Shown here: one piece after another, positions 41,690-51,271 of the stretch | How positions within the stretch are numbered: the stretch's first letter is position 1 | How the letters are laid out: every line of letters begins with the position of its first letter | NCBI GenBank assembly: GCA_963810935.1 | Contig: CAWEPK010000007.1 | Span: 369,811-433,810 of the forward strand | Source of the DNA: an uncultured delta proteobacterium | GTDB lineage: Bacteria > Desulfobacterota > Syntrophorhabdia > Syntrophorhabdales > WCHB1-27 | Length of the DNA: 64,000 bases | Reading direction: 5' to 3' | Translations under genes and position numbers: made by a program | Notes under the pieces: generated by a model | Seen by the model: the letters and a program-made list of their open reading frames with translations, nothing else | The model's database searches: none | Told to the model about the DNA's origin: nothing

Positions 41690-41690
41690 T

Positions 41691-42527
41691 ATGGGAGCAC
41701 CGGCAATATTGGGCGCAACGCTTCTGACCGGCCTCGGCGGGAGTGCAATGCAGGCGAATGCGGCAACTTCGGCGGCCGGCCAGGTGGCCGACGCCGACCT
41801 GGCGGGGCAGCAGCTTCAGTACCAGATGTGGCAGCAGCAGCAGGCGGATATGCAGCCGTGGCTACAGGCGGGTACGGCGGGTGTCAACGCGCTGGCCTAT
41901 GGCATGGGGCTTCCGGGCTATACGTCCGGCGGGACGACGGGCGGTTCAACGTCTAAGCAGGGCGGGCTGCTCAACATTCCCGCGTTTTCCTTCGACCCTA
42001 CGCAGGTCGCCTCCGACCCCGACTACCAGTGGACGACCGCGCAGGGCGTCAACGCCCTGGCCGCCTCAGGCGCGGCCGCGGGCAATTACGGCTCCGGCAA
42101 CATGGGGACTGCGCTTACGCAGTTCGGCCAGAACAATGCAGCCAACTACATGAACCAGTATTACAACCAGGCCCTCCAGACATACGGCCAGAACCTCAAC
42201 TCCCAGTACACGATGCCCTACAACATGCTGGCGGCCATGTCGAACACGGGGCAGACCCAGTCGCAGGCGGTGGCGGGCCTCGGCCTCCAGACGGCCAATA
42301 CGGTGGGGCAGTATGGGACAGACGCAGCGAGCGCGCTGGCTTCCGGCCAGATCGGGACGGCGAACGCCTACGCGGGCGGGCTTAACAGTCTGGCCAGCCA
42401 GATCATGAGCGCCTACCCCTACATGCAGGGCACATTCAGGGGAGGCTCCGGCGCGTCCGGCAATGCTACAGGCGGCCTTTCGCCGCTCGGCTATTACGGC
42501 TTTGCGGATTACAACTCGTTTCTTTAA
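41691..42527 (+). CDS. DNA-ejection/transfer protein (P22 gp7-like)
   Basis: Hydrophobic Gly/Ala N-terminus, QPWLQAG...NAL, DPDYQW...QG..AL..S.AA.G...SG. Confidence 0.7.
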   Translation: MGAPAILGATLLTGLGGSAMQANAATSAAGQVADADLAGQQLQYQMWQQQQADMQPWLQAGTAGVNALAYGMGLPGYTSGGTTGGSTSKQGGLLNIPAFSFDPTQVASDPDYQWTTAQGVNALAASGAAAGNYGSGNMGTALTQFGQNNAANYMNQYYNQALQTYGQNLNSQYTMPYNMLAAMSNTGQTQSQAVAGLGLQTANTVGQYGTDAASALASGQIGTANAYAGGLNSLASQIMSAYPYMQGTFRGGSGASGNATGGLSPLGYYGFADYNSFL

Positions 42528-42544
42528 CACGTAAAGGAGGGCAT

Positions 42545-43309
42545 ATGCCTTACAGAGTCAACGATACGAGGCAAGGCAGGAGCGCGCGGCAGGCACACGG
42601 TCCGAAGGCAGGCGCCGTGCGCCAGGCGGACCTGCGCGACATGGCCGCAGTCGCCGCCGTAGGCGACGCGATGCGGATGAACGAGCTGCGCCGCCGCGTG
42701 CTTAGCCTGAAAGCGGGCCAGGGCAGGGGTGCGCCCGGATTTGCGCCCTCCGGGCAGCCGGGCGGCCTGCAACGCGGACCCGTGGGTGCGGCCGGTCTGC
42801 CCGCGCATGTCCATGCGGCGCGCATGCATGCAGCCCATGCAGGCCACCTTGCAGCAGGGCGGCAGAAGCTGCGCGTCCTCGGCCACTTCGCGAACCACGC
42901 CATCAGGACGGGCGACAACCGGGCGCTGCAAAAGCTCCTCGACCTCGCGAAGTCGGACCCGCACGTCTCGCGGATCGTCCCGGCCGACCTCGACGTCGAA
43001 TCGACGGGGAAGCATTCGTTCAGCGTGACGGCCACGCTTGCGCCGGAGGGGCTGGCCGCGCTCGCGCAAAACGCCCCGCCCGGCCTTGCGGGCACAATCG
43101 CAGGCAGCCCGCCCGGACGCTACATGTACCTGGTGGACAGGGGCAGGGTGACCGACTTCGGGGCCGCGCCTCAGCCGGCCGCGCCTTACGGCGGCCGGTA
43201 CGGCGGCGGGGCAGACGTTATCCCGCGCAGCACGGGACGGGGCAGCGCACACTTTCCGCTCTCCACGACCGCCTGGCGGCGGCCGGATAGAGGGGAGGGT
43301 GAGGAATAG
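42545..43309 (+). CDS. Hypothetical protein at the ejection-protein position
   Basis: ORF with GGAGG RBS inside the operon. Confidence 0.5.
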   Translation: MPYRVNDTRQGRSARQAHGPKAGAVRQADLRDMAAVAAVGDAMRMNELRRRVLSLKAGQGRGAPGFAPSGQPGGLQRGPVGAAGLPAHVHAARMHAAHAGHLAAGRQKLRVLGHFANHAIRTGDNRALQKLLDLAKSDPHVSRIVPADLDVESTGKHSFSVTATLAPEGLAALAQNAPPGLAGTIAGSPPGRYMYLVDRGRVTDFGAAPQPAAPYGGRYGGGADVIPRSTGRGSAHFPLSTTAWRRPDRGEGEE

Positions 43310-43310
43310 C

Positions 43311-44747
43311 ATGGACCTCAAGAACAAGCACTGCCTGGTTTACGACCTGGGGCTTTTCACGGAGAACGCCCTGCGCCTCGTGCGCGACTGCGCGTCCGGC
43401 ACGGGCTTCCTTAAAAGCACCTACACGGATTCGAGCGGTACCGTGGTCAACACGAACCCCGTTATTCTCGACGCGAACGGGGAGGCCGATGTCTGGCTTT
43501 CGGGCTACACCAAACTTGTTCTACAGGACGCAAGCGGCGTGCAGGTCTGGACCGTCGATAACGTTTCATCCATGCCGAACACCGCGCCGACGGGCGTTAC
43601 GGAATGGATAACGCAGAGCGGCCTTGTTTTCACTTACCTGTCGGCGACGCAGTTCTCGACGCCCGGCGACCAGTCGGCCCTCTTCCAGCAGGGGCAGCGC
43701 GTGCAGGCGACGGTGGCTGAAGGTACGGTCTACGGCACGGTCGAGGCATCGGCTGCATCGGGGTCGCCCCTTACGACGACCGTCACGGTCACGTGGGATT
43801 CGGGCCGGCTCGATTCCGGGCTTTCTGCAATCGCGACCGGGATCATAACAGCGTCGGCCCATTCATCGCTGCCGGGCGGCTCTACCGGGTTGCTTACAGG
43901 CGAGATGAGGGCTTACGGCGGCGCGTCCGCGCCTTCAGGGTGGCTGCTGTGCGACGGGTCCGCCTGGCCGCGCAGCGCCTTTGCTGCACTTTACGGCGTG
44001 ATCGGCACTACCTTCGGGCAAGGCGACGGATCGACCACCTTCAACGTCCCCGACCTGCGCGGTAAAACCCCGATTGGGGCGGGGCAGGATACGCCGCCTG
44101 TCTGGGCCTCGGGCGGGGCTTATCCGCCCAATGCGTGCGTCAGGCCCACGGCTTCATACAACTATGTCTACGAGGCGTTGTTGCCTTCCGCGTGGACTGC
44201 GTCGACGGCTTACGCCCTCGGCGCGGTGGTCACGGCCACGGCCTCCTACAACTACGCTTACAAATGCACGGGAGCGGGCACGTCGGGCAGCGCGGAGCCC
44301 GCGTGGCCCACAACGGCAGGCGGGACGGTGACGGACGGCGGCGTCACCTGGACCTGCATGGCGAAAGATACGGCGGGCGCGACCGAGCCCGCGTGGCCCA
44401 CGACGATCAATGCAACGGTCCTCGACGGCTCGGTCACATGGACCTGCCGCGCCAAATGGGCAAACAGGACGCTCGGCGCATACGGCGGGGCGGAGGTCCA
44501 CACGCAGAGCACGGCCGAGATGGCAGCCCACAACCACCCGCTTAACGATCCGGCACATTCCCACTATATCGTCCCGCCGTATGGCATCGGCGGAGGTGTT
44601 CCCTGGGGCGGCGGCTCGTCTACAGGGTCAGGCGCCTACCCCACGAATGCAGCCTCTACGGGGATAACGATAAGCAACGCGGGCGGCGGCCTGCCAATGA
44701 CTATCATGCCGCCGTTCGCAGTCGTCAACTGGATCATAAAAACGTGA
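43311..44747 (+). CDS. Tail fibre-type protein with tail-collar domain and carbohydrate-binding-like repeats
   Basis: NTNPVILDANGEA head-binding-like region; GWLLCDGS...FAALY.VIGTTFG.GDGSTTFNVPDLRG; EPAWPTT..GTVTDG.VTWTC repeats. Confidence 0.8.
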   Translation: MDLKNKHCLVYDLGLFTENALRLVRDCASGTGFLKSTYTDSSGTVVNTNPVILDANGEADVWLSGYTKLVLQDASGVQVWTVDNVSSMPNTAPTGVTEWITQSGLVFTYLSATQFSTPGDQSALFQQGQRVQATVAEGTVYGTVEASAASGSPLTTTVTVTWDSGRLDSGLSAIATGIITASAHSSLPGGSTGLLTGEMRAYGGASAPSGWLLCDGSAWPRSAFAALYGVIGTTFGQGDGSTTFNVPDLRGKTPIGAGQDTPPVWASGGAYPPNACVRPTASYNYVYEALLPSAWTASTAYALGAVVTATASYNYAYKCTGAGTSGSAEPAWPTTAGGTVTDGGVTWTCMAKDTAGATEPAWPTTINATVLDGSVTWTCRAKWANRTLGAYGGAEVHTQSTAEMAAHNHPLNDPAHSHYIVPPYGIGGGVPWGGGSSTGSGAYPTNAASTGITISNAGGGLPMTIMPPFAVVNWIIKT

Positions 44748-44754
44748 GGCGCCT

Positions 44755-45336
44755 ATGAAAAGACTTGTTTCAGCTTTTCTGATTATGGCGGCCGTCATGA
44801 CGGCCGCATCGGCGCGGGCAACCGATTGCTACACCTGGAATGCTCAGACGGGCGCGTGGCAGTGGAACCAGAACTGCGGATCGCCCCCCAATGTCACCGG
44901 CAATATAACGGCAGCGGCCGGGAAGAGCGTTGTCTTCAGGAACACGCTGACGGTCACGGGTAACGACGGCGCGACCCTCAACATTGGCGCGGGGGGCACG
45001 GTCAACCAGTTCATGACCGGCTCGTCGCTCGTGCCGGGAAGCGCCTACTGCCTGGGTGCGAGCGCGCTCGCTCTCGCGCAGGCGGACAGCCTCTCCACCT
45101 TGCCTGCGATTTGCATCGCCAACAGCGCGACTACGTGCCTGACTACGGGGACCTATCAATTCCCGTTCTCGCAGGGTTTTACCCCCGGTGCGCCCGTCTA
45201 CGTCAGCGACAGCGCGGCGGGGGGCCTTACGCAGAGCATCCCCGCATCCGGCCACTATTTGCAGGCGATCGGCACGGCCACTGCGGCCGATACGATAATC
45301 ATTCAACCTATCCCCCTAACAGGAGGTCTTCAATGA
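44755..45336 (+). CDS. Phage fibre/decoration-like protein
   Basis: C-terminal domain (AQAD..STLPAIC...VYVSD..AG.LTQ..P..G...Q.IG.A..ADT) repeated in 45333-46556. Confidence 0.6.
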   Translation: MKRLVSAFLIMAAVMTAASARATDCYTWNAQTGAWQWNQNCGSPPNVTGNITAAAGKSVVFRNTLTVTGNDGATLNIGAGGTVNQFMTGSSLVPGSAYCLGASALALAQADSLSTLPAICIANSATTCLTTGTYQFPFSQGFTPGAPVYVSDSAAGGLTQSIPASGHYLQAIGTATAADTIIIQPIPLTGGLQ

Positions 45337-46556
45337 AGAAAGTCCTTGTCATTTTTGCACTGCTCGCTTTTGCAATCAGCGCCTCGGCCGCCACGATCAC
45401 GACGATCAACGGCATCCAGATCAACGCGAGCTACTTAAACGGCGCGTCGGTGACGGCCTCGCAGGCCGCCATCAGCACCAACGCAAGCGGCCAGATCATC
45501 CAGACGCCCTCCCAGACGGCCAACACATTCTTGGCGGCCCCGAACGGCAGCGCGGGCAACCCGTCTTACAGGGCAATAGTTGCGGCCGACATACCTTTCG
45601 GAGCGCCTGGAGCGATAGGCGGTACGACTGCAGGCAGCGGGGCATTCACTACATTATCCGCATCCGGCGTGATTACGTCTACGGTTTCCACAGGAACCGC
45701 GCCCTTTACCGTAGCCTCAACTACCCAGGTCGCTAACTTGAACGCGGCCACCGCAGGACGGCGGGTGGATTAACCGGTACGCCAAACATCAGTGTAGGCA
45801 CCATTGGCGCTTCTGGCGTAATTACTTCCACCGTGGCGACAGGTACCGCCCCATTTACCGTCTCATCGACCACTCAGGTCGCAAACCTCAACGCGGCTAC
45901 GGCAGGTAGCGCGGCTAACGGCAGCGAGTGCTACGAACGCCACGAACGCCACATACCTTACGGGTACAACTTCAAACAGTATCCCTTACCAATCGTCTAT
46001 TGGTGTGACCAGCTATGTTACCCCCGTGAACAATGCTCTGCTGGTGACAAACTCATCGGGTGTACCGGGGGAGCAAACATCTATACCCGGCAACGTCACA
46101 GGCAGCACGGCATCTGCGGGCGACAACTCGACCAAGCTCGCGACTACTGCGTACGTTGACGGCAAGACGGCTTATACGAACCCGGTCGGCGCCATGTCAT
46201 CGATCGCCGCCAGCACCGGCACAGGGTCCGCCCTGACCGGCGCATCGCTGACCGCGGGCAATGCATACTATTTCGGTTCATCCGGCTTGGCCGTAGCCGA
46301 GGCGAACGCATCCACGACGCTGCCCGCCGTCTGCGTTGCGATCTCGACTACCCAATGCGTCTACTCCGGTGTATATCGCTACTCGGCTACGCAGTCCTGG
46401 ACCGTGGGAGGCATACTCTACTTATCCGCCTCATCGGCAGGAGCGTTGACCCAAACCGCGCCGTCCACAACCGGCCAGTTTGTCCAGCGCGTGGGTGTTG
46501 CGATCGCTGCCGACACGGTGCTTATCATGCCGTCGCTCGACGTTGGGGGCTTGTAA
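45333..46556 (+). CDS. Tail fibre-like protein (frameshifts near 45760 and 45925)
   Basis: Tandem SGVITSTV.TGTAPFTV.STTQVANLNAATAG repeats, DNSTKLATTAYV, shared C-terminal domain. Confidence 0.65.
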
Positions 46557-46557
46557 C

Positions 46558-47235
46558 ATGAAGCGGATTCTATTCGCGGTCTTTACAGTCCTTATAATCG
46601 CCGGGATCGCGCAGGCGGGCACACTTTCAACCTGGGACGGCGTAACCGTGCCGTCCGGTGGAGGCTCAATGGTTTATCCCGCAGCAGGGGCCGCCATAAG
46701 CTCCGGTTCTGCGTGGACCTCAAACGTAATCAATAACACCAGCGCAGTCAGCGATATTACCCTCGCCGTCGGCCAGAAAGCCTACATCACCGTATCCGGT
46801 GCAACGTCAATTCCCCTGCATATTGCCACGGCAGGGGCAACGGGCGAGCTTTACGAAATTACCCTGGCGGGAACGGCCGCCATAGTCGCGCAGGGTAATT
46901 CAAGCTATCTGAACGCGAACAATACCACACAGGCAAGCGCATGGACCGCAGCACTTGAGTGGGGTGCTAATTCCGGTACTGGCGGGGGAGCCGGAACGAA
47001 CAATACCGCCTTGATATCGTACGGGTCTTCACCCGTACACGCTATTATTCAGGCGTGGACTTCCACAGCGGCAAAGATGGTCGCGGCCCAGGAGTTCGAG
47101 CGATGGTCGGGCATAAATATGTCCGCAGTCTACGGTAATCAATGGAACGACACAACGACCGTCTGGTCGTCGCTTGGCACAATCGTACTGCCTACCGCAT
47201 GGACGGGCACGGTAACAATAGAACGGAAGTTCTAA
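46558..47235 (+). CDS. Phage tail-associated hypothetical protein
   Basis: Thr/Ala-rich beta protein ending WNDTTTVWSSLGTI. Confidence 0.55.
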   Translation: MKRILFAVFTVLIIAGIAQAGTLSTWDGVTVPSGGGSMVYPAAGAAISSGSAWTSNVINNTSAVSDITLAVGQKAYITVSGATSIPLHIATAGATGELYEITLAGTAAIVAQGNSSYLNANNTTQASAWTAALEWGANSGTGGGAGTNNTALISYGSSPVHAIIQAWTSTAAKMVAAQEFERWSGINMSAVYGNQWNDTTTVWSSLGTIVLPTAWTGTVTIERKF

Positions 47236-47244
47236 GGAGGGCGT

Positions 47245-47428
47245 ATGAGTAAGGTTGTTTTTGGGGTGGCAGGCGACGGACGCGGAGCTGTCGAGGACCG
47301 AAGAGGACATGATCGACACCGCGATCGCCAAAGGCAGCTACGCGCTTTCCGACCTGCCGGCGGCGACTCAAGCCCGGTACAACGTCAAGAAGGCCGCGCG
47401 TGCGGCCTATTTGGCGAGCGAGGGGTGA
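47245..47428 (+). CDS. Small phage protein (frameshift near 47265)
   Basis: GGAGG RBS; corrected frame ...TDAELSRTEEDMIDTAI...LPAATQARYNVKKAAR. Confidence 0.45.
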
Positions 47429-47429
47429 G

Positions 47430-47630
47430 ATGGCAGCCGAGCTGATCCGTGAGCTCAACCCGTATGTATACCTGGCGATAGCGGTCATCGGGTGGTTCAT
47501 CGTGCGCACGCTCCGCCAGATCGACCGCAACCAGACGGAGCTGTGGAACCACATGGACGAGCACGAAAAGCGCCTATCCACGCTCGAAGGGGCGCATGCC
47601 GCAGTCATGCAGGCGGGAGGTCACAAATGA
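47430..47630 (+). CDS. Single-TM small protein (holin/lysis-associated)
   Basis: One TM helix then coiled coil (HEKRLSTLEG). Confidence 0.55.
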   Translation: MAAELIRELNPYVYLAIAVIGWFIVRTLRQIDRNQTELWNHMDEHEKRLSTLEGAHAAVMQAGGHK

Positions 47631-47956
47631 ACGTTGCCCAGAGGAACAACAACCCGATCAACCTCGATTTCGCCGGGCAGGCATACGCGCATCCGGACGG
47701 CAGGTTCGCCCGCTTCGATGCGCCGTGGCACGGCTGGGACGCAGCGCACGCACAGGTCGAGAAAGACCAGGGCAGGGGCGAGACGTTCAGACAGTTCATC
47801 GCAAAATTCGCGCCTCCGAACGAGAATAATACGTCGGCCTACCTTGAGTTTGTCTGCGGCCAGTTGAAGGTAGGCAAGGACGCGCCGCTTGCGTCCGTAT
47901 CGAAGTACGCGATAGCGGGAGTCATGGCGCAGTATGAAGGGTATTACGCGACATAG
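47627..47956 (+). CDS. Putative endolysin/lysozyme-like virion protein (RNNNP family)
   Basis: QRNNNPINL, RFARF, FIAKFAPPNENNTSAY, MAQYEG. Confidence 0.6.
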   Translation: MNVAQRNNNPINLDFAGQAYAHPDGRFARFDAPWHGWDAAHAQVEKDQGRGETFRQFIAKFAPPNENNTSAYLEFVCGQLKVGKDAPLASVSKYAIAGVMAQYEGYYAT

Positions 47957-47968
47957 AGGAGGGGCACC

Positions 47969-48334
47969 ATGCTCGATTGGATAATCCTGCGCGCACTCGC
48001 GCACTACCTGCCGCCCGAAGCGATGGCAATTCTATGCCTACTGCTTATGGCATGGGTGGTCTTCGAAAACTGGCTGGCGAAGACGGGGAAGATCAAGGCG
48101 AACTGCACGCTCGACCTCATCACGAAGGGATGGATCGCCCCGATTGCGGCAATCCTGAAAGGGATGGTGGGCAAGGATGGAGGAATCATGGCTGGGCTGG
48201 ATCGACAGGCTTTGCCGGGCAGCACAGGAGAGCCCGCAGCCGCGGGCGCCGGAGAATCCGGCGGAAGAGCTGGATCGAAAGATGCAGGCGGTGTCGGGGG
48301 ACAAGGAGGCGGAGGTACACCTGTCAGTTCTTAA
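47969..48334 (+). CDS. Putative holin-like membrane protein
   Basis: TM segment plus ENWL.KT.KIKAN.TLDLI. Confidence 0.45.
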   Translation: MLDWIILRALAHYLPPEAMAILCLLLMAWVVFENWLAKTGKIKANCTLDLITKGWIAPIAAILKGMVGKDGGIMAGLDRQALPGSTGEPAAAGAGESGGRAGSKDAGGVGGQGGGGTPVSS

Positions 48335-48383
48335 CGTTACGTGGTAACAACGCCTGCGGGCGTATCAAACGCAAGGAGGGTTT

Positions 48384-48701
48384 ATGAGCTTTCTTGACAC
48401 GATATGGACGAAGATGAAGGAGATTTTCAGCGAGATCGCGACATTCTGCGGGCCTTTCCTGAAGCAGTTCGAGACGCAGGTGGGGCCTGTGGTACTGGCT
48501 GCGGCGGAACAGGCTGTGGGGGCCCTGGCCACTTCCGAGATGCCGGGCGCGAGTAAACAGACCGCGGCCTTCGGGCAGATCACGGACAACCTGAAAACAC
48601 AGGGCATCACCGTCGCCGCGTCGGTCGTCAACAGCGCCATAGAGGCGGCGGTTGCGAAGCTCAAATCGGACGCGGACACTGCGGGTGCTGCACAGGGGTA
48701 G
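48384..48701 (+). CDS. Phage holin-like protein (LL-H-like C-terminus)
   Basis: G..KQ..AF......LK.QGI....S..N.AIEAAV..LK. Confidence 0.5.
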   Translation: MSFLDTIWTKMKEIFSEIATFCGPFLKQFETQVGPVVLAAAEQAVGALATSEMPGASKQTAAFGQITDNLKTQGITVAASVVNSAIEAAVAKLKSDADTAGAAQG

Positions 48702-48722
48702 AGTGGCAAAGTAACAAAAGCG

Positions 48723-48759
48723 GAAGGGACCGGGCGCGACACATCGGTCCGGTCCCTTC
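48723..48759. terminator. Hairpin at the end of the phage-like operon
   Basis: GAAGGGACCGGGC...GTCCGGTCCCTTC. Confidence 0.5.
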
Positions 48760-48870
48760 AAAATCTTCCCTTACACATGGAATAATTTCCGCATCACTTA
48801 AGTCTTTATTTTAGTCTTTATTCTTGAGCAACGCCCGTGATAGAATCTGCCCGGTTGGGGTTCTGGTGCA

Positions 48871-49677
48871 GTGGAAGGCGGCGGGTTTTCGGCCGTCCTT
48901 TCAGTCGCTCTAGCTTTATACGGGGTGGGGTTGATGACTGTCTGGTTTCTGGCGGCATTTCACCTGTTGCTTCTGTTGTTCCTGCTCAAGTCCGACGCAC
49001 CCCGGAAGCGACCGGACCCCTTCTTCGACAAACAGCCCTGGAAGTCTTACGACGTCCTCATCGTGACGGCGATGAACGCCGCTTTTCTCGTCGGCCTTAT
49101 TGCGCTCCGTACTTCGCCGCTGCTCAACTTCTACCTGTCGAGCAACAAGTCCGCCCTGGACGTAATCTTCCTCCTTTGCCTGGTCGCGTATATAAAACTG
49201 CGGCATCAGGACCTGTCGGTCTTAGGCCGCGAGCCCGGTGCGTATATCACCATCCTGGTGCTGGTTGCGTGCCTCGGCTCCCTCGTTCCTTTCTTCCTGA
49301 GCGTGCCCGGCGTTGCTTTCGCCGTGAGGAACGTAATGATACGGATGCACATTGTGGGGCAGTCGGTGCAGTCCATCAGGTTCCTCTCCGCCGCGATCGT
49401 GATAGACAACTGGTGGAGCGCCATCATCGTTGCCCCTCTCGTCGAGGAGACTTTGCTGCGCGGCATTGCGTACGCTCCTTTCCGCAGGAAATACGGGCCG
49501 GCGGCGGCGGTGATCATAAACGCTTTGATGTTTTTCTCGGCGCACCTTAGCTTGAACGTTGTGCCTCTTGCCTACGGCTTTCTGCTGTCCTCGTTGTACG
49601 AGAAGAGCCGGTCGTTTGTTGCGGTGGTGCTGGTCCACGCTCTGTTGAATGCGATCCTGCTTGTGATGTACGGGTAG
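48871..49677 (+). CDS. CPBP/CAAX-family intramembrane metalloprotease
   Basis: Multiple TM helices, APLVEETLLRG, FFSAH, VLVHALLN. Confidence 0.85.
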   Translation: MEGGGFSAVLSVALALYGVGLMTVWFLAAFHLLLLLFLLKSDAPRKRPDPFFDKQPWKSYDVLIVTAMNAAFLVGLIALRTSPLLNFYLSSNKSALDVIFLLCLVAYIKLRHQDLSVLGREPGAYITILVLVACLGSLVPFFLSVPGVAFAVRNVMIRMHIVGQSVQSIRFLSAAIVIDNWWSAIIVAPLVEETLLRGIAYAPFRRKYGPAAAVIINALMFFSAHLSLNVVPLAYGFLLSSLYEKSRSFVAVVLVHALLNAILLVMYG

Positions 49678-49709
49678 TGCAGAGAACTTGCGGGCGACCG
49701 GATTGCGGC

Positions 49710-51119
49710 CTATTTCCCTATGCAGAACCTGCTGAATATCTCGGCGAGGACTTCCTCGGTCGCCGTCTCGCCCGTGATAACGCCCAGGTGGAACAGGGCG
49801 TCGCGCAGCTCGAAGGCGCACAGCTCGGCCCGTTCCTCCCGCCCGGCGCATGGTTCAGCGCGGGCAAGGGCAGCCTCGGTGGCCATGAGCGCGTCCCTGT
49901 GCCGGACGTTCGTGACGAGCAGCGCCGCGCCCCTGTGGCCTGCACCCACGAAGGTCTCGTAGAGCGCACCTTTCAGGCCGCCGAGGCCTGAGGCGTCGAT
50001 TGCGCAGGTGGCTACGGCGCGTATGCCTTTCGCCGCAACTGCGCGTGCCGGCCCATCCGCTTGCGGCAGGTCCGACTTGTTGAGGCAGGCTATGACCGTC
50101 TTCCCGGCTGCGGTGCGCCAGACTTCCTCGTCATCGTCCTCATACGGCCGCGATGCATCGAGCACCCACAGCACGATATCGGCTTCAGGCATCTTTTTCT
50201 TGACGCGCTCCATGCCCTCTGCCTCGATGGCGTCTGACGGTTGCCCCAGACCCGCCGTGTCGGTGAGGACGAATTTAACCCCGCCGATGCGCAGCGTATC
50301 TTCGACGAGGTCGCGCGTGGTGCCGGGGATGTCCGTAACGATGGCGCGGTCCCTGTCGACCAGCGCATTCAGGATGCTCGATTTGCCTACGTTCCTTTTG
50401 CCCGCGATCAGGACGTCCACGCCCCGCGTCACTGCCCTGCCTTCTTCGTAGGTGGCGGCCAGCGCCGCGATGTCGCGCCGCACCGCATCGATGGCCGCGC
50501 TGCGCGCCCCCGCGATGTTCGCTCCCGCGCCGGGTCCATCGGATAATTCTTCTTCGGGGAAATCTATCTCTGCCTCGACGTCCGCAAGGAGCGCGGTGAT
50601 CGCGCCCTTTGCCGCGCTTAGGCGGCCGGAGAGGGCGCCTTTGACGTGGGCGAGCGCGGACGCCAGCTCCTCGGCGCTCTCGCTCTGGATGATGTCGAGG
50701 ACCGATTCGGCCTGGGCGAGGTCGATGCGGCCGTTCTCGAACGCGCGCCTCGTGAACTCACCGGGCTCTGCCAGGCGCGCGCCGCGCCGCGCGAGCAGGG
50801 CAAGGACGGCCTTTTGCGCGGCCCGGCCGCCGTGCGTGTAGACCTCTGCCATCTCCTCGCGCGTGTAAGTGCGGGGAGGTTTCATGAAGACGGCGAAGAC
50901 TTCATCCACGTCCGAGCCTGCGTCGGGGTCGAAGATGAAGCCGAGGTAGAGGCGGTGCGAGGCGAAGGAGCGGCTGCGCTTTCGCGCCCTGAACACGCCG
51001 CGAAGGACCGCATGCGACGCAGGGCCGGTAAGCCTGACCACCCCGATCCCGCCTTCGCCCGTCGGCGTAGACACCGCGCAAATCGTTTCGCTCTTATCTG
51101 TAGCGTTAGTATTTTTCAA
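49710..51119 (-). CDS. mnmE: tRNA modification GTPase MnmE
   Basis: GEGGIGVVRL, TYTRE, AEPGEFTRRAF.NGRIDL, NVGKSS, GTTRD, DTAG, NKSD, FSRFCIGK. Confidence 0.97.
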   Translation of the reverse strand: MKNTNATDKSETICAVSTPTGEGGIGVVRLTGPASHAVLRGVFRARKRSRSFASHRLYLGFIFDPDAGSDVDEVFAVFMKPPRTYTREEMAEVYTHGGRAAQKAVLALLARRGARLAEPGEFTRRAFENGRIDLAQAESVLDIIQSESAEELASALAHVKGALSGRLSAAKGAITALLADVEAEIDFPEEELSDGPGAGANIAGARSAAIDAVRRDIAALAATYEEGRAVTRGVDVLIAGKRNVGKSSILNALVDRDRAIVTDIPGTTRDLVEDTLRIGGVKFVLTDTAGLGQPSDAIEAEGMERVKKKMPEADIVLWVLDASRPYEDDDEEVWRTAAGKTVIACLNKSDLPQADGPARAVAAKGIRAVATCAIDASGLGGLKGALYETFVGAGHRGAALLVTNVRHRDALMATEAALARAEPCAGREERAELCAFELRDALFHLGVITGETATEEVLAEIFSRFCIGK

Positions 51120-51271
51120 TAAGCCCGTGATGTGTCCTTAGGATGTGATGTTTTCCGCCGCCGCACAAGGATGAAACCTTAGCAGCGGCGTCGGTTCCGA
51201 AAGGAGCGCCTGAAGGAATCGTGATTATGCGGATGCACCTAGCCGAATCGGCCGGAGAGTTGGTCGGCGCG

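Larger units (their letters stand above)
31644..48701 (+). mobile_element. P22-like podovirus structural/packaging/lysis cluster with no integration or replication genes (defective prophage or GTA-like)
   Basis: Co-directional terS?-terL-portal-scaffold-coat-adaptor-gp10-ejection-tail-lysis order. Confidence 0.88.

Noticed and set aside
44755..46556. Diversity-generating retroelement in the duplicated fibre domains
   Set aside because: No reverse transcriptase; the copies differ broadly, not at adenines only
49710..49740. attL/attR duplication of the mnmE 3' end bounding a prophage
   Set aside because: No second copy of this sequence noticed in the window and no integrase
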